This document shows positions 1-8,607 of a stretch of DNA of 46,947 nt, piece after piece. The translations under genes and the position numbers were made by a program. The stretch covers positions 1 through 46,947 of the forward strand of contig DAOMZV010000002.1 in NCBI GenBank assembly GCA_035400705.1, written 5' to 3'. Below the pieces are notes generated by a model that saw nothing but the letters and a program-made list of their open reading frames with translations, was not told the DNA's origin and made no database searches. This DNA comes from Candidatus Magasanikiibacteriota bacterium. GTDB lineage: Bacteria > Patescibacteriota > Patescibacteriia > Magasanikbacterales > UBA10003. The first letter of the stretch is position 1. Each line of letters begins with the position of its first letter.

Positions 1-61
1 CAGCTGGAAGAAAAGTAAAAAGTTCTTTTTTTTCTTCTAACCAACGTTGTCGCCAATCCAT
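1..61 (-). CDS. 5' end of an unidentified CDS that runs off the left edge (MDWRQRWLEEKKELFTFLPA...)
   Basis: The ATG at 61..59 lies 1 nt after the uvrB stop (65..63). The frame is open to the window edge. Too short to identify. Confidence 0.3.
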   Translation of the reverse strand, partial: MDWRQRWLEEKKELFTFLPA

Positions 62-62
62 A

Positions 63-2117
63 TTATTTTTTTGTTTGAGTTTTTTTTATCTCTTTTATTT
101 CGTCGCGTAAAATAGCCGCCAGCTCAAATTCTAAGGACTTGGCTGCTTCTTTCATTTGTTTTTCTTTATCTTGAATAATTTCTGCGAGTGGACGGTTATC
201 ACCCAACAAATCTAGATCGGCAACAGAAGGCTTCTTTTTCCGTTCAGTTTTTTCTTGGTGGCTTTTGGGTGCAATGCCAAATTCTTCTAAAATGTTGCGA
301 ATATTTTTTTGAATTGTTTGGGGGGTAATTCGGTGTTGTAAATTATAATTCATCTGAATTTGGCGACGACGATTAGTTTCTTCCACCGCTTTTTTAATTG
401 AAGTGGTAATGTGATCGGCGTAAAGAATAACTTGTCCATTAGCGTTTCTGGCCGCGCGACCAATAGTTTGGATTAAACTGGTGGTGCTGCGTAAAAAACC
501 TTCCTTGTCGGCGTCTAAAACCGCTACTAAAGAAACTTCAGGTAAGTCTAAACCTTCGCGTAACAAATTGACTCCAACAATCACATCAATTAAACCGCGA
601 CGTAAATCGGTAATCACTTCGATTCTTTCTAAGGTGTCTACATCACTATGAAGATATTTCACCTTAACTTTTTTTTCTTGTAAATAATCGGTTAAATCCT
701 CGGCTATTTTTTTGGTTAAGGTGGTAACTAAAATTCTCTCATTTTGAATGAGGCGTTGCTTAATTTCTTCTATTAAATCTTCAATTTGCGATTTTTTCTT
801 ACCTCGGCCAGTGACGGGTTTGATAATAATTTCCGGATCAAGTAGGCCAGTCGGTCTAACTACTTGTTCAACTATTTGCGAACTTTGCTGTAGTTCGTAT
901 TCATCGGGAGTAGCGGAAACAAAAATCATTTGTTCCACTTTTTTATTAAACTCTTCAAAAGTGAGAGGCCGGTTATCACGAGCTGAGGGTAACCGGAAGC
1001 CGTGCTCGATTAAAACATCTTTACGAGCTTTATCTCCATTATACATAGCTCTAATTTGGGGAACAGTTACGTGCGATTCGTCGATAATGGTTAAGAAACT
1101 TGATTTTTTTTCTTGGCCGCGGTGGCTGACGCTGTATTTAAAGTAATCTAATAAGGTAAAAGGTGGTTCTCCAGTCGGGCGATTTTCAAAGTGACGAGAA
1201 TAGTTTTCAATACCATTGCAGTAGCCGATATTTTTAATCAACTCTAAATCGTAATTGACGCGGCGTTTGAGACGTTCGTATTCTAAAGGCTGGTTGTGGA
1301 GTTGAAAAAAATTTAACTGTTCATTTAATTCTTGTCTGATACTTTGCAGCGCAGCTTCACGTGATTCTGGTGTGGCTACATAATGACGGGCCGGGAAGAA
1401 CCAAGCATCGTCTAAGGTTTTTTTAATCTGTCTTGTTACTGGATCAATCAGTTCAATTACGTCTATGGTTTGGCTAATTTCAAATCGATAAATCATTTCT
1501 TCATTAATAGGCATGATTTCAAAAACTTGGCCGTGGAGTCTAAAATGACCTCTTTTTAAATCACTATTGGTTCTAGTGAATTGCATTTCAATTAATTGGC
1601 CCAACATGTCTTCCCGATTAAGTTTTTGTCCGCGTTGGAGGTGTAAAACAACTTTTTCGTATTCTTGAGGCGAGCCCAAGCCATAAATAGCGGAAACTGA
1701 GGCTACGATAATTACATCAGAACGAGTTAGGAGGGCTTGGGTGCAAGCATGGCGCAATCGATCAATCTCTTGGTTAATCATGGCCTCTTTTTCTATATAG
1801 GTATCGGTGGTGGGTAGATAAGCTTCGGGTTGGTAGTAATCATAATAACTGACAAAATACTCTACTGCATTATTAGGGAAGATTTCTCTGAATTCGTTAC
1901 ATAGTTGGGCTGCTAGGGTTTTGTTATGAGCAATTATTAAGGTAGGCAATTGAATTTTTTCAATCACATTAGCAATAGTAAAAGTTTTACCAGAACCAGT
2001 AACACCTAGGAGGGTTTGTTTGGCAAAATGTTTTTGTAACCCTTTAGTCAATTGATCAATGGCTTGGGGTTGATCACCAGCCGGCTTAATCTTGGTTTTA
2101 ATCTGAAAATTAGTCAT
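63..2117 (-). CDS. uvrB: Excinuclease ABC subunit B
   Basis: 684-aa ORF with Walker A GVTGSGKT, DExH-type IIDESHVT and helicase C motifs. C-terminal UvrB/UvrC-interaction helix (LEFELAAILRDEIKEI). Confidence 0.95.
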   Translation of the reverse strand: MTNFQIKTKIKPAGDQPQAIDQLTKGLQKHFAKQTLLGVTGSGKTFTIANVIEKIQLPTLIIAHNKTLAAQLCNEFREIFPNNAVEYFVSYYDYYQPEAYLPTTDTYIEKEAMINQEIDRLRHACTQALLTRSDVIIVASVSAIYGLGSPQEYEKVVLHLQRGQKLNREDMLGQLIEMQFTRTNSDLKRGHFRLHGQVFEIMPINEEMIYRFEISQTIDVIELIDPVTRQIKKTLDDAWFFPARHYVATPESREAALQSIRQELNEQLNFFQLHNQPLEYERLKRRVNYDLELIKNIGYCNGIENYSRHFENRPTGEPPFTLLDYFKYSVSHRGQEKKSSFLTIIDESHVTVPQIRAMYNGDKARKDVLIEHGFRLPSARDNRPLTFEEFNKKVEQMIFVSATPDEYELQQSSQIVEQVVRPTGLLDPEIIIKPVTGRGKKKSQIEDLIEEIKQRLIQNERILVTTLTKKIAEDLTDYLQEKKVKVKYLHSDVDTLERIEVITDLRRGLIDVIVGVNLLREGLDLPEVSLVAVLDADKEGFLRSTTSLIQTIGRAARNANGQVILYADHITTSIKKAVEETNRRRQIQMNYNLQHRITPQTIQKNIRNILEEFGIAPKSHQEKTERKKKPSVADLDLLGDNRPLAEIIQDKEKQMKEAAKSLEFELAAILRDEIKEIKKTQTKK

Positions 2118-2127
2118 AGATAAATCA

Positions 2128-2156
2128 ATTTTAACGCAAATTTAGCCCAAAAGCAA
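2128..2156 (-). promoter_or_regulatory. Candidate sigma70-type promoter for uvrB
   Basis: Minus strand reads TTGCTT-17 nt-TAAAAT. The -10 ends 10 nt before the uvrB ATG, with no SD in between. Confidence 0.5.
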
Positions 2157-2167
2157 CATGGGGTAAT

Positions 2168-2198
2168 AATAAAAAAAGAACAGACTCTCGTCTGCTCT
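2168..2198 (-). terminator. Intrinsic terminator after gatB
   Basis: Minus-strand RNA reads GAGCAGAC-GAGA-GUCUGUUC followed by UUUUUUUAUUAUU. The one imperfect pair is G-U only in the minus-strand reading. Confidence 0.7.
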
Positions 2199-2201
2199 TT
2201 T

Positions 2202-3764
2202 TTACTTTAATTTTTTCTCTAAGATAGTTTTGATTGTCTGCGGGTCAGCTTGGCCTCGGGTTTCCTTCATTGCTTTGCCAATTAAGAATTGAATGACGGC
2301 GGTTTTTCCTGATCGGTACTGAGTCACTTGGTCTGGGTTCATTTTAATTACATTATCTAGTGCTGTTTCAATTAAGTTAGTATCTTGGACTTGGCCTAGA
2401 CGATCTTCTTCCATAATGATAGAAGGATCACCACCGGCTTCCAACATCTTTTCAAGTAACAATTGAGCATTAGTACTATTAATTTTATTGGTATAAATTA
2501 AACTGATGAACTCGGCAAAATTTTCTGGAGTAATTTTGAGTAAGCGAATATCAATTTTGTTTTCTGCCATCAAGCCCATTAATTTAGAAGTCAACCAGCC
2601 ACCAATCAAACGTCCAACTTTAGCTCGATGCTTAGCCATAATTTCTTCCTCGGTTCCATCTAGGTCGGGTAGGGAAGTTAGCCATTCCCAGACTTCACTA
2701 AAAACTTGCTCGGTAAAGTCTGCCCATTCAGGATCCTGAGTTAAAATTTTTGCGTCGCTTTTGGATAGGCCATATTCATCAGCAAAGCGTACCCGTGTTT
2801 TTTGAGGTAATTCTGGCAGCTCCAGTTTGGCTTTTTTTTCTACGGCGGCCAAATTAAATGGAGGTATATCTGGCTCGGGGAAGTAACGATAGTCTTCAGA
2901 CCCCTCTTTAACTCTTTGTTCTTCGGTAGTTTGTTCCGTATCATTCCAACCTCGAGTGGTAAGTTTTTCTGGCGCCTGGCCAGCTTCCCACAATTTTGTC
3001 TGTCTTTGAATTTCGTATTCAATGGCTCGTTCTACTGCTTTAAAAGAATTTAAGTTTTTTATTTCAGTTTTAGGATAATATTTGGTATCACCAACCGGAC
3101 GCAAAGAAACATTAACATCACAACGTAAATGTCCTTTTTCCATTTCGGCATCGGAAATTTTTAAAAATTTAGCTAGATTTTGTAACTCTTGCAAAAAGAG
3201 CTTGGCTTCACTGGCACTGGCAATATCTGGTTCCGTCACAATTTCTACCAGGGGAGTACCAGCACGATTAAAATCAACCAAAGTTCCTTCGGGACTGTGT
3301 AAATTTTTAGCCGCATCTTCTTCTAAATGTAATCGAGTGATGTCAATCCTTTTGTTTTTTGGTAGTTTAATTTTTGGTTTTTTTGGATTTTCTTCCAAAT
3401 CTTCTATATTTTTTTCGGATAGACTTTCTTCTGTTCCAGAGATTTCTAAAAAGCCTTTTTCGCCGACAGGTAAATCAAATTGAGAAATTTGGTAGCCCTT
3501 AGGTAGGTCGGGATAGAAATAATGTTTGCGATCAAATTTACTTAGAGAGTTAATTTTACAATTTAAAGCTAGGGCCATTTTAACTCCCCATTCAATCGCT
3601 TGTTGATTAGGTACCGGTAAAACTCCTGGTTGGCCAGTACAAACAGGGCAGATAGCAGTGTTAGGTGGTAAAAATTCGCCACGGTTATCACAACTACAGA
3701 ACATTTTGGTTTTAGTTTTGAGTTGGATATGAATTTCTAAACCAATAACTGGAGTATAAGACAT
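2202..3764 (-). CDS. gatB: Asp-tRNA(Asn)/Glu-tRNA(Gln) amidotransferase subunit B
   Basis: Motifs VIGLEIHIQL, CPVCTGQPGVLP, RLHLEEDAAK and a C-terminal YqeY-like tail. Start moved to ATG 3764 (MSYTPVIG) because the 7 upstream ORF-track codons are unconserved. Confidence 0.9.
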   Translation of the reverse strand: MSYTPVIGLEIHIQLKTKTKMFCSCDNRGEFLPPNTAICPVCTGQPGVLPVPNQQAIEWGVKMALALNCKINSLSKFDRKHYFYPDLPKGYQISQFDLPVGEKGFLEISGTEESLSEKNIEDLEENPKKPKIKLPKNKRIDITRLHLEEDAAKNLHSPEGTLVDFNRAGTPLVEIVTEPDIASASEAKLFLQELQNLAKFLKISDAEMEKGHLRCDVNVSLRPVGDTKYYPKTEIKNLNSFKAVERAIEYEIQRQTKLWEAGQAPEKLTTRGWNDTEQTTEEQRVKEGSEDYRYFPEPDIPPFNLAAVEKKAKLELPELPQKTRVRFADEYGLSKSDAKILTQDPEWADFTEQVFSEVWEWLTSLPDLDGTEEEIMAKHRAKVGRLIGGWLTSKLMGLMAENKIDIRLLKITPENFAEFISLIYTNKINSTNAQLLLEKMLEAGGDPSIIMEEDRLGQVQDTNLIETALDNVIKMNPDQVTQYRSGKTAVIQFLIGKAMKETRGQADPQTIKTILEKKLK

Positions 3765-3831
3765 AATAATAAAAGTAAACAGCAAAATTTATTAGCTTAT
3801 TTAAATAAAATAAAATTTAATTTACAATCAA

Positions 3832-4590
3832 CTAAACAGTTGGAGGAAGAACATTTTCCGTTTTAGTTTCTTTGAGGTTTTTATAGAGAATGGTCCAGAA
3901 GGCAATGTTTAAAGGTAGAGTTATAACTACAGCTAAACTCTGTAGAGCGTCAAACCACCAAGGACCGGAAGTAAAAGCTGAAGAAAATTCGGCAAATTTA
4001 GTAAAATAGCCAATAATTAAAGTGGGAATTCCAACTATTACAATCAAAACTAAACCATAAAAAATGTTAGTTACAATCAGGCGCCAAACAATTTGCCAAA
4101 ATCTGCCCTGAACCAATTTTTTACTATTGTCTAAAGCGGCGTAGCCACGCATTCCATCGATAGCAAAAGAGTAACGGGAGAAAAAATACCAAACAGAAAA
4201 AATTAACCCAGGAATAATTACGAGGATAAGACCACCCAAAGTGATAATACCAACTAAGATGGAAATCCATAAAAAGGGAATAGTATCCCGCCAGGCATTC
4301 TGATTTAAAGTTTTTTGGTCAACTGGTTGTTTGGTAAGCCCAGCATTAATCAATCTAATTAAAACGATTTGGGTCCATAAGCCAACAACAAAACTGGCAG
4401 CAGAAAGAATTAGATAAATAGGAAAAGTTTTATTAACATAATGGAAAAAAGTGTAGCGATCAACACAATTCAAGATAGCTAAAAGAACAGTAACACCTAA
4501 AAACCAAGAAATGATTTTCAAAAAAACCTTGTAGTTGTTTTTGCAAATAGACAGGGCCTCTTTGAAAAGATTTATTGAGGGTATAAGCAT
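3832..4590 (-). CDS. Polytopic membrane protein, function unknown
   Basis: 252-aa ORF with about 6 hydrophobic segments. Begins 3 nt after the tmk stop. No catalytic motif recognised. Confidence 0.6.
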   Translation of the reverse strand: MLIPSINLFKEALSICKNNYKVFLKIISWFLGVTVLLAILNCVDRYTFFHYVNKTFPIYLILSAASFVVGLWTQIVLIRLINAGLTKQPVDQKTLNQNAWRDTIPFLWISILVGIITLGGLILVIIPGLIFSVWYFFSRYSFAIDGMRGYAALDNSKKLVQGRFWQIVWRLIVTNIFYGLVLIVIVGIPTLIIGYFTKFAEFSSAFTSGPWWFDALQSLAVVITLPLNIAFWTILYKNLKETKTENVLPPTV

Positions 4591-4593
4591 AAA

Positions 4594-5265
4594 TTATTGA
4601 TTAATTTTTTGTTTGATTAAGTCCCAAATTTTTTTATGAATCTCTTCGGGAGTTAAAATTTGATTATTTTCTACGCATTCAATCAGGAAAAAATTAGGGA
4701 AACGTCCAGCTATTTCTAAATAAGTTTTTTCAGCATTTTTAAGGTGATTTAGATCAGTTTCGTGTATATCTTTTTTGCCACCAGAAAGGTAATCCCGTTC
4801 CTCCTTCTTTTTAACTAATTGTTGTGCTATCTCTGGAGTTACATGCAGAATAATGTTTAAATCTGGGCGGGGGATTTTAAATATATTATACTCTAAATCG
4901 TCATTCCATTCAAAAAAATTTTGTCTAGCCCCGTCATCTTTGATTTTACCGCCTTGATGTCCCATATTAGAAGCGACGTAACGATTGGCTACTACTATCT
5001 TTTTGTTTGTCAACCAAGAATTAATTTTAGCGGCAGCAGCGAATCTGTCAACAGCATATAAAATAGAAGCACGATATGGGCCTACTTCTTCGGCTGTGCC
5101 ATAGACACCAGTTAAATAGTCTTCAATTGGCCCGGCGCTTTTTTGTCCGTATTGAGGGAAACTGATTATTTCAACTGGGTAATTTTCTTTTTTTAATCTT
5201 TCTATTAGCATTTTGGACTGGAGACTTTTGCCAGAACCATCAATGCCATCAATCATGATAAACAT
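4594..5265 (-). CDS. tmk: Thymidylate (dTMP) kinase
   Basis: P-loop IDGIDGSGKS and DRY-like NRYVASN. Length and layout are typical of Tmk. Starts 4 nt after the thyX stop. Confidence 0.9.
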   Translation of the reverse strand: MFIMIDGIDGSGKSLQSKMLIERLKKENYPVEIISFPQYGQKSAGPIEDYLTGVYGTAEEVGPYRASILYAVDRFAAAAKINSWLTNKKIVVANRYVASNMGHQGGKIKDDGARQNFFEWNDDLEYNIFKIPRPDLNIILHVTPEIAQQLVKKKEERDYLSGGKKDIHETDLNHLKNAEKTYLEIAGRFPNFFLIECVENNQILTPEEIHKKIWDLIKQKINQ

Positions 5266-5269
5266 ACTT

Positions 5270-6739
5270 TTAATCTAATTTTGGTTTATAGGAATATTCT
5301 GGTTTAAACATGGTGGAGGCCCAGGAAGATGATCCTGAACTCATATCAACACGAATATACTTAGCTAAAAGAGGGTGAATCTCGTTGAGTTTTTGCCAAC
5401 AAGCCTGGGCTACTCGACGGTAAGAAATGTGTCCTTTTTGGCCACTGCGTAAAGAAATAAAATGATGCAATTCGCGCAAATTCCAAGTGAAGAGGGTGCG
5501 TTTTCTAAAGGCTAAAGGAACTGCATATTGTGCCTCTTTAGGAAACTGTGGGTACATTTTTTGATAGAGATTGGCCGCCCGTTCCATTACTTCTTTAAAT
5601 TGTGATTCTAGACCAGCTTCAATTATTTCTTCTGGCGTTTCAAAACCATTAATGATGGTTACATCTTGGTTGGTTTGGGTGTTCATACGATGGCGCTGGA
5701 CATCGCGGAAAGCCCCATAATCCATTAAAATATCAAAAGTATAATAGACATGTTCTAATTCTCTGAGCGGTTGATCAAAAGAGGCGCGATTTTTTAAAGC
5801 TACATCAATTATTTTCTCTTTTGCTTCTAACGGCATTTTTTTAACTTCTTGCCAAATTTGTTTGTAAGGTAGATCGGAGCCGCGGTAGAGCAGGGCGGCG
5901 ACTAATTTGTTTTCCGCTTCGGGATCAAACTGCACAACTTCTACTGGGTTAACGGGGTTGATTTCTTTTGGTAAGAGATTTTTAGATAATTCGGTTAACT
6001 CGTTGGGTGTATTTTTTAAATAATCATTGACGTTAGCAAATTTAATTAAGGTAGGGGTGATTCCTAAGGCACATTGTTTAATGTCTGTCCCAATATCTTG
6101 CATCTCTTGTAAGGGATGAGACAACAATTTGGCAATTACTCGTTCAAAATTTCTAGCGTTAGCTGTCATGCCCAAATTAGTTAGGGTGGCCGTGGGTAAA
6201 AGATAGCGGATGTTGTCGCAAACCCTAGCTTTAGTTATCACATTGTAAACCTTATCTAAGTCTGTTTCAGTCTTAGGATATTTTTTGACAATAAAGTCTC
6301 TCATCGGTTCGTTTAGGGATGTATAAGTATCAAAAATATAGTCTAAGGTTTTTTGGTATTCTTCGCTCAAAGAAGAAGCCAGAATATTTTGTGGTTTATA
6401 ATATTTTGTTTTATCAAAAATTTGGTAACGGGTGGATTTTTCTGTAAAAGAGGCTAGACGGTTGTCTTCTATAACTTTAGTGGCCAAGATAGAAACATTT
6501 TCAATGGCTAAATGTAAATTAGCGTGTTCGGCTACGCTACTGTGCCCATAGCCCACCACCCATTTTTCATGGAAATCAGCCGATTTGGCATCGGTTAATT
6601 CTTCGGCAATAGTAGCAAATGATTCTGGAGAGCGAGAACATTTAGCAAAAGCTACAGCAACTACTTCTGGTTTAAGATGATCTAAACTATAGACTGCCCG
6701 GGTATTTTTAGAGGCCTCCTGTAGAGTATTTTCTTCCAT
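5270..6739 (-). CDS. thyX: FAD-dependent thymidylate synthase, fused tandem (double-length) form
   Basis: 489 aa, about twice a normal ThyX. The first half carries DNR-X7-S-TRY (EDNRLASFTEKSTRY). The second half carries RHR-X7-D (QRHRMNTQTNQD), plus GHSSVAEH-type and LRSGQKGH..YRR elements. Confidence 0.8.
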   Translation of the reverse strand: MEENTLQEASKNTRAVYSLDHLKPEVVAVAFAKCSRSPESFATIAEELTDAKSADFHEKWVVGYGHSSVAEHANLHLAIENVSILATKVIEDNRLASFTEKSTRYQIFDKTKYYKPQNILASSLSEEYQKTLDYIFDTYTSLNEPMRDFIVKKYPKTETDLDKVYNVITKARVCDNIRYLLPTATLTNLGMTANARNFERVIAKLLSHPLQEMQDIGTDIKQCALGITPTLIKFANVNDYLKNTPNELTELSKNLLPKEINPVNPVEVVQFDPEAENKLVAALLYRGSDLPYKQIWQEVKKMPLEAKEKIIDVALKNRASFDQPLRELEHVYYTFDILMDYGAFRDVQRHRMNTQTNQDVTIINGFETPEEIIEAGLESQFKEVMERAANLYQKMYPQFPKEAQYAVPLAFRKRTLFTWNLRELHHFISLRSGQKGHISYRRVAQACWQKLNEIHPLLAKYIRVDMSSGSSSWASTMFKPEYSYKPKLD

Positions 6740-6746
6740 ATTTATT

Positions 6747-6776
6747 TTGACAAACTAAGTTAAATTTGTTTAGATA
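6747..6776 (+). promoter_or_regulatory. Candidate promoter for the HD-domain gene
   Basis: TTGACA at 6747-6752, then 17-18 nt, then TTAGAT/TAGATA preceded by TG. Overlaps the divergent thyX promoter. Confidence 0.4.
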
Positions 6777-6804
6777 TTGTAGCATTTTAATTGATCTTTT
6801 ACAA
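6776..6804 (-). promoter_or_regulatory. Candidate promoter for thyX-tmk
   Basis: Minus strand reads TTGTAA-17 nt-(TGc)TACAAT, an extended -10. Confidence 0.55.
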
Positions 6805-6827
6805 ACCTAAAATAAGGAATAAAAAAC

Positions 6828-7442
6828 ATGGCCGCAAACAATAAATTGGCCCATTTGGAAACGTTTTTTTGGGAGCTTCTAAACAGTTTAAAAAAAGTGA
6901 AGCGCTGGGGTTGCTATTCTGTTAACACTCCTGAAAGTGTAGACCAGCATACTTTTAAAATGGGGGTTTTAACCCTCATTGTGATTTTGTGGGAAAAGCG
7001 TTATGGTTGTAAAGACTTTGATGCTTTTAAGGTTCTGGCTTTGGCTCTTATTCACGATTGGGCCGAAGGAAGAACAGGAGACGTGTTGTGGCAGGTTAAA
7101 AAAGATCCACGCTTGGCTCCTATTTTTAAAGTAGTCGAGAAAGAGCTATTGGATAAATTTCTGGATGAGTATTGGCCAGAAGAAATCAGGACAGAAATTA
7201 GTTCTTTGTATGAAAATCTGGACAATTTGACAACAGTTGAAGGCCGGTTGTTTAGAGCAATTGAAGAATTAGGTTATGTGTCTTATGCTATTTACGAAGT
7301 AGAACAGGGACGGCAGGATTTTGTGGATGTTTTTCCCAAACATTTTGAAAGTTTGGAAAAAGCAGCACAAGAATTTGTTTCTGTTGCTCAAATTTGGAAC
7401 GAAATGAAAAAGGTTATTAGCCTTTACTATTCTCCAGAATGA
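6828..7442 (+). CDS. HD-domain phosphohydrolase, YfbR-like 5'-deoxynucleotidase
   Basis: Motif order is RW...ESVDQHT, then LIHDWAEGRTGD (the H...HD...D metal site), then EKELL. This is the same order as the YfbR/HD_3 family. Ends with TGA. Confidence 0.7.
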   Translation: MAANNKLAHLETFFWELLNSLKKVKRWGCYSVNTPESVDQHTFKMGVLTLIVILWEKRYGCKDFDAFKVLALALIHDWAEGRTGDVLWQVKKDPRLAPIFKVVEKELLDKFLDEYWPEEIRTEISSLYENLDNLTTVEGRLFRAIEELGYVSYAIYEVEQGRQDFVDVFPKHFESLEKAAQEFVSVAQIWNEMKKVISLYYSPE

Positions 7443-7461
7443 TTTTTTTAGGTTTGAACTT

Positions 7462-7487
7462 AGCCGTCTTGAAAAAGGCGGCTTTTT
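7462..7487 (+). terminator. Intrinsic terminator after the HD gene
   Basis: AGCCGTC-N8-GGCGGCT (7 bp including one G-U) followed by TTTTT. Confidence 0.7.
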
Positions 7488-7490
7488 AAT

Positions 7491-7520
7491 AAATAAAAAA
7501 GCCCTGTCTTGGACAGGGCT
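7491..7520 (-). terminator. Intrinsic terminator after the zinc-ribbon repeat gene
   Basis: Minus-strand RNA reads AGCCCUGUC-CAA-GACAGGGCU followed by UUUUUUAUUU. Convergent with the neighbouring terminator. Confidence 0.75.
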
Positions 7521-7526
7521 GTAAGT

Positions 7527-8516
7527 TTAAATTTCTTCTCCTAGTACTTCCAGTGATGGAACATTCCACAGGGGTACTGGAGCGGTGGGGGAAAGTTCCC
7601 AACCTTTAATATGGGGGATAGGGAGAGTTCTCTCCCTGATGTCAAATGGATCAATTGTGTCTAATTGGGAATAGAAATCAGGGTGTTCTGATTCTATATT
7701 TTCAAAACACTGACGACAAAGACAAACTGGTTCCCCAAAGCCGATACCGACTTGCACCCACTGTTGGTAGTCCTCGGTAACCTGTTTTCTACAGGTTGGG
7801 CAAGTAGTTTGATAATTTTTTCCCTGATGTAGCAAGGAAAGGAAATCGGTAATGATGTCCAAGTTACAACGGGTATTAGCAAAGGGGATAGGTGTTAGCG
7901 GAACGGGTGTTCCGGGAGGAATTTCCCAACCCTTAACAATCGCCACCGGAATGTTTTCTTTGTGTCCTTCCCATTTTTCTTCTGGCGTTAGAGGATGATC
8001 ATAGAACTGAGGATTCTTTTTGGCAATATTTTCAAAACACTTGCGGCACATTAGAGCTGTGCCGTTGTTGTCGTCTTCAATCAAAACCCACTGCCGCAGT
8101 TGAGTAGCCTGGGCATCGTTAGAACAGGTACGATTTTTACAATGACCTGATTGTTGTACTTTAACAATTAAGTCATAAACTGTAGCAAAATTTTGCATTG
8201 AAATAGTTACCGGTGGGGCCACAAAAATCTTGTTGATTTTTGGGGTTATGGAATGTAGAACTAGTTTTCCATTTTTGAATTCTATTTCCACCAGAAACCA
8301 ATCATTAGGGGTTTGGATCAGCTGACTAAAAAGAGTCGGATGAACATAAACCGGACCACTAGCCATAGTTCCTTCCAAAATAAATCCAGCACCCAAATTG
8401 TAGAAGGCATCATATGAAATATGTTCAATGTTTCCCACTAAAGGATCTTCTTTTCCTGCAAAAACTTCTGCCGTCAAAGGCAGAATTGGTACACGCATGC
8501 CTACCATTATTCCCAT
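7527..8516 (-). CDS. Hypothetical protein: ~108-aa N-terminal domain plus two tandem ~110-aa zinc-ribbon-containing repeats
   Basis: 329-aa ORF. The two repeats are HCKNRTC...MCRKCFENIAKKNPQFYDHP...IVKGWEIPPGTPVPL and TCPTCRK...LCRQCFENIESEHPDFYSQ...HIKGWELSPTAPVPL. It has its own terminator. Confidence 0.6.
   Translation of the reverse strand: MGIMVGMRVPILPLTAEVFAGKEDPLVGNIEHISYDAFYNLGAGFILEGTMASGPVYVHPTLFSQLIQTPNDWFLVEIEFKNGKLVLHSITPKINKIFVAPPVTISMQNFATVYDLIVKVQQSGHCKNRTCSNDAQATQLRQWVLIEDDNNGTALMCRKCFENIAKKNPQFYDHPLTPEEKWEGHKENIPVAIVKGWEIPPGTPVPLTPIPFANTRCNLDIITDFLSLLHQGKNYQTTCPTCRKQVTEDYQQWVQVGIGFGEPVCLCRQCFENIESEHPDFYSQLDTIDPFDIRERTLPIPHIKGWELSPTAPVPLWNVPSLEVLGEEI
7530..8189 (-). repeat. 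Internal tandem duplication (two ~330-nt coding repeats)
   Basis: CRKCFENI and CRQCFENI are exactly 110 codons apart. The 16-nt string ATATTTTCAAAACACT occurs at 7696-7711 and again at 8026-8041 (plus-strand reading). Confidence 0.75.
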
Positions 8517-8577
8517 TTTTTTACCTTTTTGTAAGGAGCCATATTTTTACCCTAGTCTAAAAAGATAAAAAAATCAA

Positions 8578-8607
8578 GCCCAAAACACCCTCCAGAAAGG
8601 AGGGTGT
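8578..8607 (-). terminator. Intrinsic terminator after the PHP gene
   Basis: 9-bp stem ACACCCUCC-UUUCU-GGAGGGUGU on the minus strand, followed by UUUGGGCUUGAUUUUUUU. Confidence 0.6.

Noticed and set aside
748-1146. Long ORFs inside or antisense to uvrB, gatB (2506-2739, 2840-3022, 3082-3483), purA (13419-13643, 13492-13848, 13622-13873, 14217-14420), gyrB (14783-15049, 15240-15683, 16196-16393), nusG (29394-29713) and other genes listed in the ORF track.
   Set aside because: Each lies entirely within a well-supported conserved gene. Each has low-complexity or Ser/Leu/Cys-rich composition typical of out-of-frame translation, and none has start signals. They are treated as spurious.
3765-3785. 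ORF-track N-terminal extensions of gatB (3785), the small TM gene (11816), prfA (23666), the 27826 TTG start and eno (35059).
   Set aside because: The extensions overlap upstream genes, terminators or the genes' own promoters. The conserved protein N-termini begin at the internal ATGs, so downstream starts were used.
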